Positions 34,375 to 44,265 of a stretch of DNA of 64,000 nucleotides are shown here, one piece after another. A program made the translations under genes and the position numbers. The stretch covers positions 256,001 to 320,000 of the forward strand of contig CAVSNY010000007.1 in the NCBI GenBank assembly GCA_963729605.1, written 5' to 3'. This DNA comes from an uncultured Gammaproteobacteria bacterium (GTDB taxonomy: Bacteria; Pseudomonadota; Gammaproteobacteria; DRLM01). The notes under the pieces are model-generated. The model worked only from the letters and a program-made list of their open reading frames with translations, was not told the DNA's origin and ran no database searches. Each line of letters begins with the position of its first letter. The first letter of the stretch is position 1.

Positions 34375-35760
34375 CTAGGTTTCGCCATTCCGGTCGGTAC
34401 GCACATGCGGACGGGAGAAGTAGTCGTCCTGAAGTTTGCGCGCCAAACCGGCCAGTAAAATCAGACACAGCAGATTGGGCAGGGCCATGAGGATATTGGT
34501 GATGTCCGCCAGGTTCCACACCAGCGGCAGGGGCACCGCGGCGCCGACCACCACCATCACGGTATACACCAGCCGGTAAGGCTGGACCGCCCGTTCGCCG
34601 AATAAAAACTTGGCGGCGCGGTCGCCGTAATACGACCAGGAAATAATCGTCGAGAAGGCGAACAGGCAAAGCCCGATGCCCACCACCCACGCCCCGCCCT
34701 GGCCCAGCACCTGGCTGAAGGCATACGCGGTGAGCGCGCCGCCCACCACGTCCTCGGGGCGGGTGAGGTAGGCGCCGGTGACCACGATCACCAGGCCGGT
34801 CATGGTGCAGATCACGATGGTGTCGATGAACGGCTCCAGCATCGCCACCAGGCCTTCGCGCACCGGCTCGTTGGTGCGCGCGGCGGCGTGGGCCATGGGT
34901 GAGGAACCGAGTCCGGCCTCGTTGGAGAACAGGCCGCGCGCCACGCCCCAGCGGATGGCCTCGCCCACCGCCGCGCCGCCCACCGCCCATGGATTGAGGG
35001 CGTGATTGACGATGGTGAACAGGGCGGCGGGAATGTCGGCGATGTAGTTGACCAGCACCAGCAGGGCGCCGGCCACGTAGAAGATCGCCATGAACGGCAC
35101 CAGCGCGCTGGCGAATTTGGCGATGCGTTTCACCCCGCCGACGATCACCAGGCCGACCAGGATCGCCATCACCACGCCCAGCAGCCAGCCGTCTTTTTTG
35201 ATTTCGGGAAAGATGAAGCCCAGGCCGTCCACCACCGAGTTGGCCTGCACCATGTTGCCGATGCCGAAGGAGGCGATGAGGGCGAAGCTGGCGAACAGCG
35301 TCGCCAGCTTGGGCATGTTGAGACCGTGCAGAAGGGTGTACATCGGTCCGCCCGCCACGCTGCCGTCGGGGGCGACTTCGCGGAATTTGAGGGCGAGGGT
35401 GCATTCGGTGAACTTGGTGGCCATGCCAATGAAGGCGGTCACCCACATCCAGAACAAGGCGCCGGGTCCGCCGAGGGTGATGGCGGTGGCCACCCCGGCG
35501 ATGTTGCCGGTGCCCACCGTGGCGGACAGCGCGGTGGAGAGGGCTTGAAAGTGCGAGACCTCGCCCACGTCTTTATTGCTGCTGTAACGGCCGGCGACCA
35601 GATGGGTGGCGTGGCGGAAGCCGCGGATTTGAATCAGCCCCATTCGTATCGTGAGATAGACCCCGGTGCCGAGCAGCGCGATCAGGGTGAAGGGATTTTG
35701 CCAAAGCAGGCCGGAGAGTCGGCCGGTGAGGTCGGTGAGGGTCTGAATGAAGTTTTCCAA
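34375..35760 (-). CDS. Alanine/glycine:cation symporter (AGCS family)
   Basis: ALSATVGTGNIAGVA, GGPGALFWMW, RGLFSNEAGLGS, FIDTIVICTMT; TTG start at 35760 after GGAGAGG. Confidence 0.93.
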   Translation of the reverse strand: MENFIQTLTDLTGRLSGLLWQNPFTLIALLGTGVYLTIRMGLIQIRGFRHATHLVAGRYSSNKDVGEVSHFQALSTALSATVGTGNIAGVATAITLGGPGALFWMWVTAFIGMATKFTECTLALKFREVAPDGSVAGGPMYTLLHGLNMPKLATLFASFALIASFGIGNMVQANSVVDGLGFIFPEIKKDGWLLGVVMAILVGLVIVGGVKRIAKFASALVPFMAIFYVAGALLVLVNYIADIPAALFTIVNHALNPWAVGGAAVGEAIRWGVARGLFSNEAGLGSSPMAHAAARTNEPVREGLVAMLEPFIDTIVICTMTGLVIVVTGAYLTRPEDVVGGALTAYAFSQVLGQGGAWVVGIGLCLFAFSTIISWSYYGDRAAKFLFGERAVQPYRLVYTVMVVVGAAVPLPLVWNLADITNILMALPNLLCLILLAGLARKLQDDYFSRPHVRTDRNGET

Positions 35761-35865
35761 AAGCGCGTCCTCTCCCAGCGCGGATGATGGCGCGATTATA
35801 CGGGCGGCGCGCAAAAAAAATATGCTACCGTTCGAAAAATTCATCCGCGATGCGGAAAATAAGCG

Positions 35866-36147
35866 ATGGCTTCCCTTGATCCATTGCTCGATCTCATGGT
35901 CACGCCGGGCGAGGCCAACCGCCGTTTCGAGCGGCGCTTCCGCTACATCGAAGCGGCTTTGGCGGAACGCGGCAAGGGCCTCGCGCAATCGAATCCGGCG
36001 GAAATGGAAACCTTGTGGCCACAGGCGAACATGCAAGAGCGGTCCAGTGGGTGGCCCGTATCTGGCGGACCACGATGCGTGACGGCGAGGCGCGCCTCGG
36101 CCGCGATGAACGCATTCGCGCCCGGTGGTTTTCCGCGAATAAAGTAA
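35866..36147 (+). pseudogene. mazG: mazG remnant with large internal deletion
   Basis: MASLDPLLDLM resembles the MazG N-terminus and joins directly to EANRRFERRFRYIEAALAERG...EMETLW, the MazG C-terminus; both catalytic domains are missing. Confidence 0.7.
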
Positions 36148-36226
36148 AGCGCGGCGGCGGCCGTAAAATCTTGGCGTGGACTTATAATGCGCAAGATAAA
36201 GCCGAGGCTGCGCGGATCCCCCTCTC

Positions 36227-37621
36227 ATGAGCAAACAACAGGTCTTGACCCGAGCCAAAAAAAAGCAAGCCCTGGTCTGCGTGCAATCCCGGCGTTTGCC
36301 GGACGCCCTGACCCTTTATCGAGAAATCTGCGAGCATAACCCGCGAGACGCAGAGGCCTGGTTCATGCTCGGCATTGTGTATGTCCGAGTGGGCGACATC
36401 GCCGCCGCGGAAACGGCCTTGCGCCGGACGCTGCACCTATTGCCCGACTTCGCCCAGGCCCAGCTCAATCTCGGCCACGTCCTCGAATTGCAGGGCAAGC
36501 TCGCCGAGGCCGAGGCGTGTTATCGGCGCGCGGTCGCCATCAAACCGGCGTTGGCCGACAGCCATGAATTCTTGGGACGGCTGTACCGGCAGCGCGGCGA
36601 CCTGCCCGCCGCGCTGCGCCATTATCAACAAGCCGCCGCGCTCCTGCCCGCGCGGGCGGGCGCGCGGCGCGCGGTGATCCATTTCCGGCTCGCCGCGCTT
36701 TACGATGAAGTCGGTGAATACGATCAGGCCTACGCCCAGCTTCGGCAGGGCCATCAATGCCGGCCCGGGAATTTCGATCGCGCCGCCTGGGCGCGACGCA
36801 TCGACGACATCATGCGGACTTTCAGCGGCGAGGCCATTGCCCGGGCGCCGCGCGCCGGCAATTGCAGCGAGCGGCCGCTGTTGGTGGTGGGTCTGCCGCA
36901 CGCCGGCACTGAGCGGGTCGCGCAACTCTTGACCGCGCACCCCGCCGTGGCCGACGGCGGGACATCGACCCTCCTTGCCGATTTGGCGCTGGCGTGTGAA
37001 ATGAGCTGCGCCACTATTCCCGGCGGCGCGGGCATCACCGGGCTCAAACGTGAACAGTGCGATGAACTCGCGCAGCCTTATCTCGATGAACTGGCGCGCG
37101 TCGCGCCCGCGGCGTCGCGGGTGATCGACGGCGCGCCGGACAATTTTCTGCACCTCGGCTTGCTCCCGTTGCTATTGCCGATGGCCCGCGTCATCCACTG
37201 CGTGGGCGATTCCCTCGACACCTGTTTATCCTGCTACTTTGAAGATGGCGGTGCCGGCCGCGAGTACGCCCGCGATTTGGCGGACCTGGGATTTTATTAC
37301 CGCCACTACCGGCGTTTGATGACGCACTGGAAACAAGTCCTGGGCGTGCCTTTGCTCGAGGTGAGTTACGAAGACCTGGTGCGGCATCCTGAGCGAGTGG
37401 CGCGCGAGCTGCTGAAATTCTGCGGCCTCAAGTGGGACGCGCGCTGTCTGGCGGCGCTGCGTGATGATGGTTCGGCGGATCAGCCATCCGGCGCGCCGTT
37501 GGAAAACGCCGGGCGGACCATCGGTCGCTGGCGACATTACCAGACGCATCTTGAAGATTTGCAACGCGCCTTGACCGATCCCGAGAAGTCAAACGAAGCG
37601 GATGATCCGTCCGCTCTTTGA
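36227..37621 (+). CDS. TPR-containing sulfotransferase-family protein (degenerate PAPS motif)
   Basis: N-terminal TPRs; RPLLVVGLPHAGT, DTCLSCY, DLG.YY..Y..LM.HW, YEDLV..PE, IGRWRHY. Confidence 0.85.
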   Translation: MSKQQVLTRAKKKQALVCVQSRRLPDALTLYREICEHNPRDAEAWFMLGIVYVRVGDIAAAETALRRTLHLLPDFAQAQLNLGHVLELQGKLAEAEACYRRAVAIKPALADSHEFLGRLYRQRGDLPAALRHYQQAAALLPARAGARRAVIHFRLAALYDEVGEYDQAYAQLRQGHQCRPGNFDRAAWARRIDDIMRTFSGEAIARAPRAGNCSERPLLVVGLPHAGTERVAQLLTAHPAVADGGTSTLLADLALACEMSCATIPGGAGITGLKREQCDELAQPYLDELARVAPAASRVIDGAPDNFLHLGLLPLLLPMARVIHCVGDSLDTCLSCYFEDGGAGREYARDLADLGFYYRHYRRLMTHWKQVLGVPLLEVSYEDLVRHPERVARELLKFCGLKWDARCLAALRDDGSADQPSGAPLENAGRTIGRWRHYQTHLEDLQRALTDPEKSNEADDPSAL

Positions 37622-37968
37622 CTAGAATCGATCTCAAAATCGACTGTGAGCATATTCAACGGGCGGGTCGCCCATGACGATGGCTTATTTGCCGACGAGC
37701 GCTGTCTTGCAATCCCCGTTGCGATTTTTTACGAGAGACTGACAACTGGGGCAAGCAATATTCAGTTAGGCACAGAAAAATTCAGAACAGATACCCTCTC
37801 CCGCGGGCGGGAGAGGGATAGGGTGAGGGGAGAGAGGGAAGCAGGATGCCCTGGTATCGTGACGGTGGTTGTCCGACCACCCTCACCCCTTCCCCTCTCC
37901 CGCCCGCGGGAGAGGGGGAATGACGCCTCCGGTTTGGGATTTTTGTTCCAATTTTGAGATAGGTTCTA
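37622..37968. mobile_element. Non-autonomous MITE-like element with IS5-like ends
   Basis: CTAGAATCGATCTCAAAAT at the left end and ATTTTGAGATAGGTTCTAG at the right end (17/19 inverted match, CTAG at both ends); no transposase inside. Confidence 0.65.
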
Positions 37969-38159
37969 GAAAAAATAGGTGATGCGGATTGCATCTGCTC
38001 TTTGAAGTCCCCCTCCCCTTTTCAGGGAAGGGCGCGGGCGGGGCCGTTCGACTAAATCAGATCTTGCCTGGGAGCCATCTCAAAATGCATCGCCGCATTT
38101 CTGCATGTTCTCTTCACCCCTCTCCCCGGGCGGGAGAGGGGATGATTTTGCGATGGGTT

Positions 38160-39119
38160 CTAATAAGCTTCCCGCCCATGCGGCGCATTGAAATCCAATA
38201 ACGGGCCCTTGGGCACGATGCCGCTGGGATTGATGGTGGGATGGCTGCGGTAATAATGGGTCTTGATGTGCGCCATGTTCACCGTGTCGGCCACCCCCGG
38301 CACTTGATACAAATCGCGCAGGTAAGCCCATAAATGCGGATAATCGGCGATCCGCCGCAGATTGCATTTGAAGTGGGAATAATACACCGCGTCGAAACGC
38401 AGCAGGGTCGTGAACAAACGCCAGTCGGCGGCGGTGAGGCGCGCGCCCAATAAATAACGTTGCCGTGCGAGGCGCTCTTCCAATTTATCGAGGGTAACGA
38501 ACAAGTCGTCGAACGCCTCTTCATAGGCCGCCTGCCGCGTGGCGAAGCCGGCCTTGTACACGCCGTTGTTGACGTGATCGTAGATCTCGGCGTTGAGCGC
38601 ATCCATCTCCGCGCGCAGTTCGGCGGTGAAGAAATTCACCGTCGCGTCGCCGTAGGCGTCGAAGGCGTCATTGAACATCTCGATGATTTCGGCGGATTCG
38701 TTGTTGACGATGGTGCGGGTCTGTTTGTCGAACAGCACCGGCACGGTGACCCGCCCGCTGTAATCGGCTTGCACCGCGGTGTAGACGTGATGCAGATAAT
38801 CGAAGCCGTTCACCGTGTCGGGAATGCAGCCTGGCGCGTCGCTGAAGCGCCAGCCCTGTTCGCCCATATACGGATCGACGACGGACAGTGAGATCACGTC
38901 TTCGAGTTTTTTCAATTTGCGGAAAATCAGCGTGCGGTGCGCCCACGGGCAGGCCAGCGACACGTACAGATGATAACGGCCGGGGACGGCGGGATAACCG
39001 GAACCGCCATCCGCCGTCACCCGGCCGTGAAACGCGCTGTCGGGGCGGACGAAGCGCCCGCCGGTTTCTTCGGTGGCGTACCATTGGTTCCGCCATTGCC
39101 CATTGACGAGTAGACCCAC
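38160..39119 (-). CDS. yqjG: Glutathionyl-hydroquinone reductase (GST Xi class)
   Basis: YHLYVSLACPWAHR, TVPVL.D, NNES, NNGVYKAGFA, HIKTHYY.SH..INP. Confidence 0.92.
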   Translation of the reverse strand: MGLLVNGQWRNQWYATEETGGRFVRPDSAFHGRVTADGGSGYPAVPGRYHLYVSLACPWAHRTLIFRKLKKLEDVISLSVVDPYMGEQGWRFSDAPGCIPDTVNGFDYLHHVYTAVQADYSGRVTVPVLFDKQTRTIVNNESAEIIEMFNDAFDAYGDATVNFFTAELRAEMDALNAEIYDHVNNGVYKAGFATRQAAYEEAFDDLFVTLDKLEERLARQRYLLGARLTAADWRLFTTLLRFDAVYYSHFKCNLRRIADYPHLWAYLRDLYQVPGVADTVNMAHIKTHYYRSHPTINPSGIVPKGPLLDFNAPHGREAY

Positions 39120-39382
39120 GTTATTTCCCCTGTCGAATAAGGGCGCGTCGCCGCGCCTGGGCGGCAGGTGCGCCGCTGTTGAGTTGAAGAGACCGTGTTC
39201 GGCGTGGCGACGGTTATCTTACGGAAGCCGTGCGCGCGCGGCTACCCGGCGTGAAGTAAGTATTTCGCGCCACGCGGGCCGGGCAGTTTTTCCGGCCCAA
39301 ACACCTGTAAAATACCGGCTGCCCGTCATGGGCTGCCGCATGGCCGGGCTGACCGCCGGCCGTTCAATGAGTAACGACAGCC

Positions 39383-42300
39383 TTGGATCCACGACAGCGT
39401 TTTCAAGCCCTCAACGCCGAAATTTCCCTCTGCTTGCGCCGCGATCAGCACCGCCTGGCGCGGCGGCTGGCCGCGCTGCGCCGGCGGGATGACGCCGCTG
39501 GGCAGGAATCCGCCTGGCAAACGCTGGCGGCGGAGATCGCCGCGTCGCGCGAACGGCGCGCGCGGCGCTTGGCCGCCTTGCCGGTGCCGACCTTTCCCGA
39601 AGAGTTGCCGGTCTCGCAAAAACGCGACGACATCGCGCAGGCGATCGCCGCCCATCAAGTGGTGATCGTCTGCGGCGAGACCGGTTCGGGCAAGACCACC
39701 CAGTTGCCGAAGATTTGCCTGGCGCTGGGCCGCGGCGTCGCGGGCCTGATCGGCCACACCCAGCCGCGGCGCATCGCGGCGCGCAGTCTGGCGGCACGCA
39801 TCGCCGAGGAATTGCATACGCCGCTGGGACAAGTGGCGGGTTATCAAGTGCGCTTCAGCGATCAGGTCGGCGAAGACGCCTACATCAAGGTGATGACCGA
39901 CGGCATCCTGCTCGCCGAGATTCAAGGCGACCGTTTCCTCGACCGCTACGACACGCTGATCATCGACGAGGCACATGAGCGCAGCCTCAATATCGATTTT
40001 CTGCTGGGTTATCTCAAACAGTTGCTGCCCAAGCGGCCCGATCTGAAAGTGATCATCACCTCGGCGACCATCGACCCGCAACGCTTCTCAAAACATTTCA
40101 ACGACGCGCCCATCATCGAAGTTTCGGGCCGCACCTATCCGGTGGAACTGCGTTACCGGCCCTTGTTGAGCGAAGACGAGGACGGCCGCGACCGCGATAT
40201 GCAACAGGCGATACTGGAGGCGGTGGACGAATTGGCGCGCCACGGCGCCGGCGATGTGCTGATTTTCCTCAGCGGCGAACGCGAGATTCGCGAGACGGCG
40301 GAAGCGTTGCGCAAACATCATCCGCCGCACACCGAGATCATTCCCTTGTACGCGCGCTTGTCCGCCGCCGATCAGAACAAGGTTTTTCAAACCCACGCCG
40401 GCCGGCGTATCGTGCTCGCCACCAATGTGGCGGAGACTTCGCTCACCGTGCCCGGCATCAAATACGTCGTCGATCCCGGGCTGGTGCGCATCAGCCGCTA
40501 CAGCCATCGCGCCAAAGTTCAACGTTTGCCCATCGAGCCGGTGTCGCAGGCCTCGGCCAACCAGCGCGCGGGACGCTGCGGGCGGGTCAGCGCCGGCGTG
40601 TGCATCCGGCTTTACGCCGAAGACGATTTCAACCGGCGCCCGCTGTTCACCGATCCTGAAATCCTGCGCACCCATCTCGCGGCGGTGATCCTGCAAATGA
40701 CCGCCTTGGGTTTCGGCGACGTGGCGGGTTTCCCGTTCATCGAGCCGCCCGACGGCCGCCAGGTCAACGCCGCCTATCAAACCCTGCTGGAACTGGGCGC
40801 GGTGGATGAGCGGCGCGCGCTCACCCAGATCGGCCGCGAACTGGCGGGCCTGCCGGTCGATCCGCGCCTCGGCCGCATGCTGCTCGCCGCGCGGGAGTTC
40901 CACTGCCTCAGCGAAATGCTGGTGATCGTCGCCGCGCTGGCGGTGGCCGATCCGCGCGAACGGCCCATCGACAAACAACAGGCCGCCGACGAAAAACACG
41001 CGCGCTACGTCGATCCCCATTCGGATTTCATGGCCTATCTCAAATTGTGGGCGCATTATCACGAGCAGGCGCGGCACTTGAGCAAGAGTCAGTTGCGCAA
41101 ATATTGCCAGGAGAATTTTCTCTCCTACGTGCGGCTGCGCGATTGGCACGACATTCACGCCCAACTCACCGGCGCCGTCAAACAGCTGGGCGTGCGGCTC
41201 AATCAAGAGGCCGCCGATTATCAGGCCATCCATCGCGCCTTGTCGTGCGGACTGCTGGGCCAGATCGGCATGAAGGGCGAGACGCAGGAATATCTCGGCG
41301 CGCGCGGCATCAAGTTTCATATCTTTCCCGGCTCGGCCCTGTTTAAAAAACCGCCCAAGTGGGTGGTGGCGGGCGAGCTGGCGGAAACGGCGCGCCTCTA
41401 CGCGCGTTGCGCGGCGCGCATCGAACCCGAGTGGCTGGAGACACTCGCGGCGCATCTGGTCAAACGCCATTACTCCGAACCGCGCTGGGAGAAAAAACCG
41501 GCGGCGGTGATGGTGGTGGAGCGGGTGACCTTGTACGGGCTGCCCATCGTCGCCGGCCGCAAGGTGCAATACGGTCCCATCAATCCGGTCGAGGCGCGCG
41601 AGCTCTTTATTCGCCACGCCCTGGTGGAAGGCGAATACGAAACCCGCGCGCCGTTCTTCGCGCACAATCAGGCGCTGATTCACGACGTGGAAGGACTCGA
41701 ACACAAGGTGCGCCGCCACGACATCCTGGTGGATCCGGAGGTGCTGTATGCCTTTTACGAGGAACGGCTGCCCGCCGGCCTGAGCGACGGCCGCGGCTTC
41801 GAGCGCTGGCGCAAAGAGGCGGAGCAACGCGATCCGCGTTTATTGTTCCTCAATAAAGAGTATTTGATGCGCCGCCAGGCCGCGGAGATCACCGAGGCGC
41901 AGTTTCCCGATCATCTGCTCTTCAACGGCGTGCGTTTGAATCTGGATTATCATTTCGAGCCCGGCCATGACGCCGACGGCGTGACGGTCAGCGTGCCGCT
42001 GGCCTTACTCAATCAATTGGACGCGGCGCGTTTCGAATGGCTGGTGCCCGGTTTGCTGCGCGATAAAATCATCGCGCTGATAAAGGCGCTGCCCAAATCC
42101 TTGCGGCGCAATTTCGTGCCCGCGCCCAATTTCGCCGACGCCTGTTTGCAGGCCATCGTGCCGGGCCAGGGTGCGCTGCTTGACGTGCTGACGCGGCAAT
42201 TGAAGCGGATGACCGGCGTCGAAATTCCGGCCGATGCCTGGCAACTCGCCGGCCTGCCGGCGCATCTGCTGATGAATTTCAAAGTGGTGGCGGTGGACGG

Positions 42301-43264
42301 CCGCGTCGTCGCCGGCGGCCGTGATTTGACGCTCCTGCAACAAACGCAAGGCGAACGCGCCGCGGCGAGTTTCGCCACTCTGCCCACGGCGGGTTTCGAG
42401 CGTGAGCAGATTACCGCCTGGGATTTCGGCGACTTGCCGGCGCGGTTGGAATTCACGCATGACGGCATGCAACTGATCGGTTATCCGGCCCTGGTCGATG
42501 AAAAGCACGGGTTGGCGCTGCGCCTGCTGGATTCCGCGGAAAAGGCCGACAAGGAAACCCGCGCCGGCGTATGCCGGTTATTCAAAACGCAATTGAGCGA
42601 CCGGTATAAATATCTCGAAAAAAATCTGCCCGGCTTGCAGGCCATGTGCCTGCATTACGCGGGAGTCGGCACGTGCGCGGCATTGAAAGAGGATATCCTC
42701 GCCGCGATCACCCGCCGCGCCGCGCTGGGCGATGAGCCGCCGCCGCGCAGCGCGGCCGAATTTGAACGGCGCAAGAATGCCGGCGCGGCGCAGCTCGTCG
42801 CGATCACCAATGAAGTGTGCGCGTGGGTGGGCGATGCCTTGACGGTTTATCACGCCTTGGCCAAACGGTTCAAGCTGGCGGTTAAACCGGCCTGGTTGAA
42901 AGCGGCCAACGATATTCAGAGTCAGCTGCATCAACTCGTGTATCCCGGTTTCGTCGCCGCGACGCCCTATGAACAATTGCGTCATCTCCCCCGTTATCTG
43001 CGGGCGATCGAGACACGCCTCACCAAATTGGAACAGCAGCCCGGCCGCGATGGACCGTTGCTGGCGCAGGTGGCGCCGCTGTGGGAGGCCTATCTCGCCC
43101 GCGCCGAAAAACACCGCGGGCTCGGCGCGGCCGACCCCGGGCTGGATGAATTCCGCTGGCTGCTGGAAGAGCTGCGGGTGTCTTTGTTCGCGCAGGAACT
43201 CAAGACCGCGGTGCCGGTGTCGGCACCGCGCCTGGCGAAACGCTGGGCGGAACTAAAAGGGTGA
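39383..43264 (+). CDS. hrpA: ATP-dependent RNA helicase HrpA
   Basis: GETGSGKTT, DEAH, SAT, QRAGRCGR, C-terminal WLLEELRVSLFAQEL; 1293 aa. Confidence 0.97.
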   Translation: MDPRQRFQALNAEISLCLRRDQHRLARRLAALRRRDDAAGQESAWQTLAAEIAASRERRARRLAALPVPTFPEELPVSQKRDDIAQAIAAHQVVIVCGETGSGKTTQLPKICLALGRGVAGLIGHTQPRRIAARSLAARIAEELHTPLGQVAGYQVRFSDQVGEDAYIKVMTDGILLAEIQGDRFLDRYDTLIIDEAHERSLNIDFLLGYLKQLLPKRPDLKVIITSATIDPQRFSKHFNDAPIIEVSGRTYPVELRYRPLLSEDEDGRDRDMQQAILEAVDELARHGAGDVLIFLSGEREIRETAEALRKHHPPHTEIIPLYARLSAADQNKVFQTHAGRRIVLATNVAETSLTVPGIKYVVDPGLVRISRYSHRAKVQRLPIEPVSQASANQRAGRCGRVSAGVCIRLYAEDDFNRRPLFTDPEILRTHLAAVILQMTALGFGDVAGFPFIEPPDGRQVNAAYQTLLELGAVDERRALTQIGRELAGLPVDPRLGRMLLAAREFHCLSEMLVIVAALAVADPRERPIDKQQAADEKHARYVDPHSDFMAYLKLWAHYHEQARHLSKSQLRKYCQENFLSYVRLRDWHDIHAQLTGAVKQLGVRLNQEAADYQAIHRALSCGLLGQIGMKGETQEYLGARGIKFHIFPGSALFKKPPKWVVAGELAETARLYARCAARIEPEWLETLAAHLVKRHYSEPRWEKKPAAVMVVERVTLYGLPIVAGRKVQYGPINPVEARELFIRHALVEGEYETRAPFFAHNQALIHDVEGLEHKVRRHDILVDPEVLYAFYEERLPAGLSDGRGFERWRKEAEQRDPRLLFLNKEYLMRRQAAEITEAQFPDHLLFNGVRLNLDYHFEPGHDADGVTVSVPLALLNQLDAARFEWLVPGLLRDKIIALIKALPKSLRRNFVPAPNFADACLQAIVPGQGALLDVLTRQLKRMTGVEIPADAWQLAGLPAHLLMNFKVVAVDGRVVAGGRDLTLLQQTQGERAAASFATLPTAGFEREQITAWDFGDLPARLEFTHDGMQLIGYPALVDEKHGLALRLLDSAEKADKETRAGVCRLFKTQLSDRYKYLEKNLPGLQAMCLHYAGVGTCAALKEDILAAITRRAALGDEPPPRSAAEFERRKNAGAAQLVAITNEVCAWVGDALTVYHALAKRFKLAVKPAWLKAANDIQSQLHQLVYPGFVAATPYEQLRHLPRYLRAIETRLTKLEQQPGRDGPLLAQVAPLWEAYLARAEKHRGLGAADPGLDEFRWLLEELRVSLFAQELKTAVPVSAPRLAKRWAELKG

Positions 43265-43441
43265 ATGCCGCGGGCGCGCTGCGACTCTCTTAAGGCACAT
43301 CCATGTGCCGCATGAACATCTGAATAAATCAGAGCTTCCTTGAATTAAAAAGCGGATTTCGTTGGCGCGGGCTTGCCGTGCCGGGCCGGGGGGCGTAGGC
43401 TGCGCGCCAGGATTGACCGTTTTTGAAAGGTATATGAATTT

Positions 43442-43900
43442 ATGGAAGCCGCTTTAATATTGCATGTCCTGTCCGCCGTGGTGTGGGTGGGCGGGATGTT
43501 CTTCGCGTATATGATACTGCGGCCGGTGGCGGCCGGTCTGCTGGATGCGCCGCAGCGGCTGGCCTTGTGGGCGCAGGTGTTCGCGCAGTTTTTCACCTGG
43601 GTGTGGTTCGCGATCATTACCTTGCTGCTCACCGGGTATGGCATGTTGTTCGCCTTTTTCGGCGGCATGGCCGCCGCGCCGATTTATATTCACATCATGC
43701 AAGGCGCGGGTTTATTGATGATGCTGATTTTCGCCCACGTCTACTTCGCCCCTTACCGGCGCTTGCGGCAGGCGGTGGCCGCGCAGGATTGGTCCGAGGG
43801 CGGCCGCCGCCTGGGGCAGATCCGTCAACTGGTGGGCATTAATTTGATGCTGGGACTGCTGGTGGTGACGGTGGCCGCCGCCGGGCGGTTTGTTATATAA
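43442..43900 (+). CDS. CopD-like small membrane protein
   Basis: LHVLSAVVWVGGMFF, four TM segments. Confidence 0.8.
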   Translation: MEAALILHVLSAVVWVGGMFFAYMILRPVAAGLLDAPQRLALWAQVFAQFFTWVWFAIITLLLTGYGMLFAFFGGMAAAPIYIHIMQGAGLLMMLIFAHVYFAPYRRLRQAVAAQDWSEGGRRLGQIRQLVGINLMLGLLVVTVAAAGRFVI

Positions 43901-44265
43901 CCCGTTTGGCGGGCGCTCCGCCCATTACTGCCCGCGAAAACGAAACAGGCGATTTTCCCTTTCTTCATCTTCAATGGTTGCACGCCGTTCAAGACGGCGG
44001 CAGGCCCTTTCACTTCACCCGCCCCGGGCCGCGGAAACCTCCGCATAATTCGTTAGCTTGCCCGATGGACCCGTTCTAAAAGAACGCCGGATAAATGCCG
44101 ATCTAAGTAGGGCGACGCATGGGTTGTATGCGCGTCGCGTTATGTTCCGGCGACCACGGATTTTTTCCATCCAGCGCGGAGACCGGGACTGGTTCCGCGC
44201 CGTGTTCGAATCCGGCCGGGTATGAACGATGCGCTGGATGCTCATGCGTATAAAAGGCGCCGACT

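Noticed and set aside
35761-36258. N-terminal extension of the 627-aa symporter ORF
   Set aside because: Not transporter-like, overlaps the mazG remnant, and a good RBS precedes the TTG at 35760.
40088-41827. Long antisense ORFs (this 579-aa one and similar ones opposite sucA, sucB, suf and others)
   Set aside because: Shadow ORFs expected from high-GC codon bias opposite well-supported genes; no motifs.
44203-44220. GTTCGAATCC resembling a tRNA T-loop
   Set aside because: Flanks do not form a T-stem, and there is no acceptor, D or anticodon arm.
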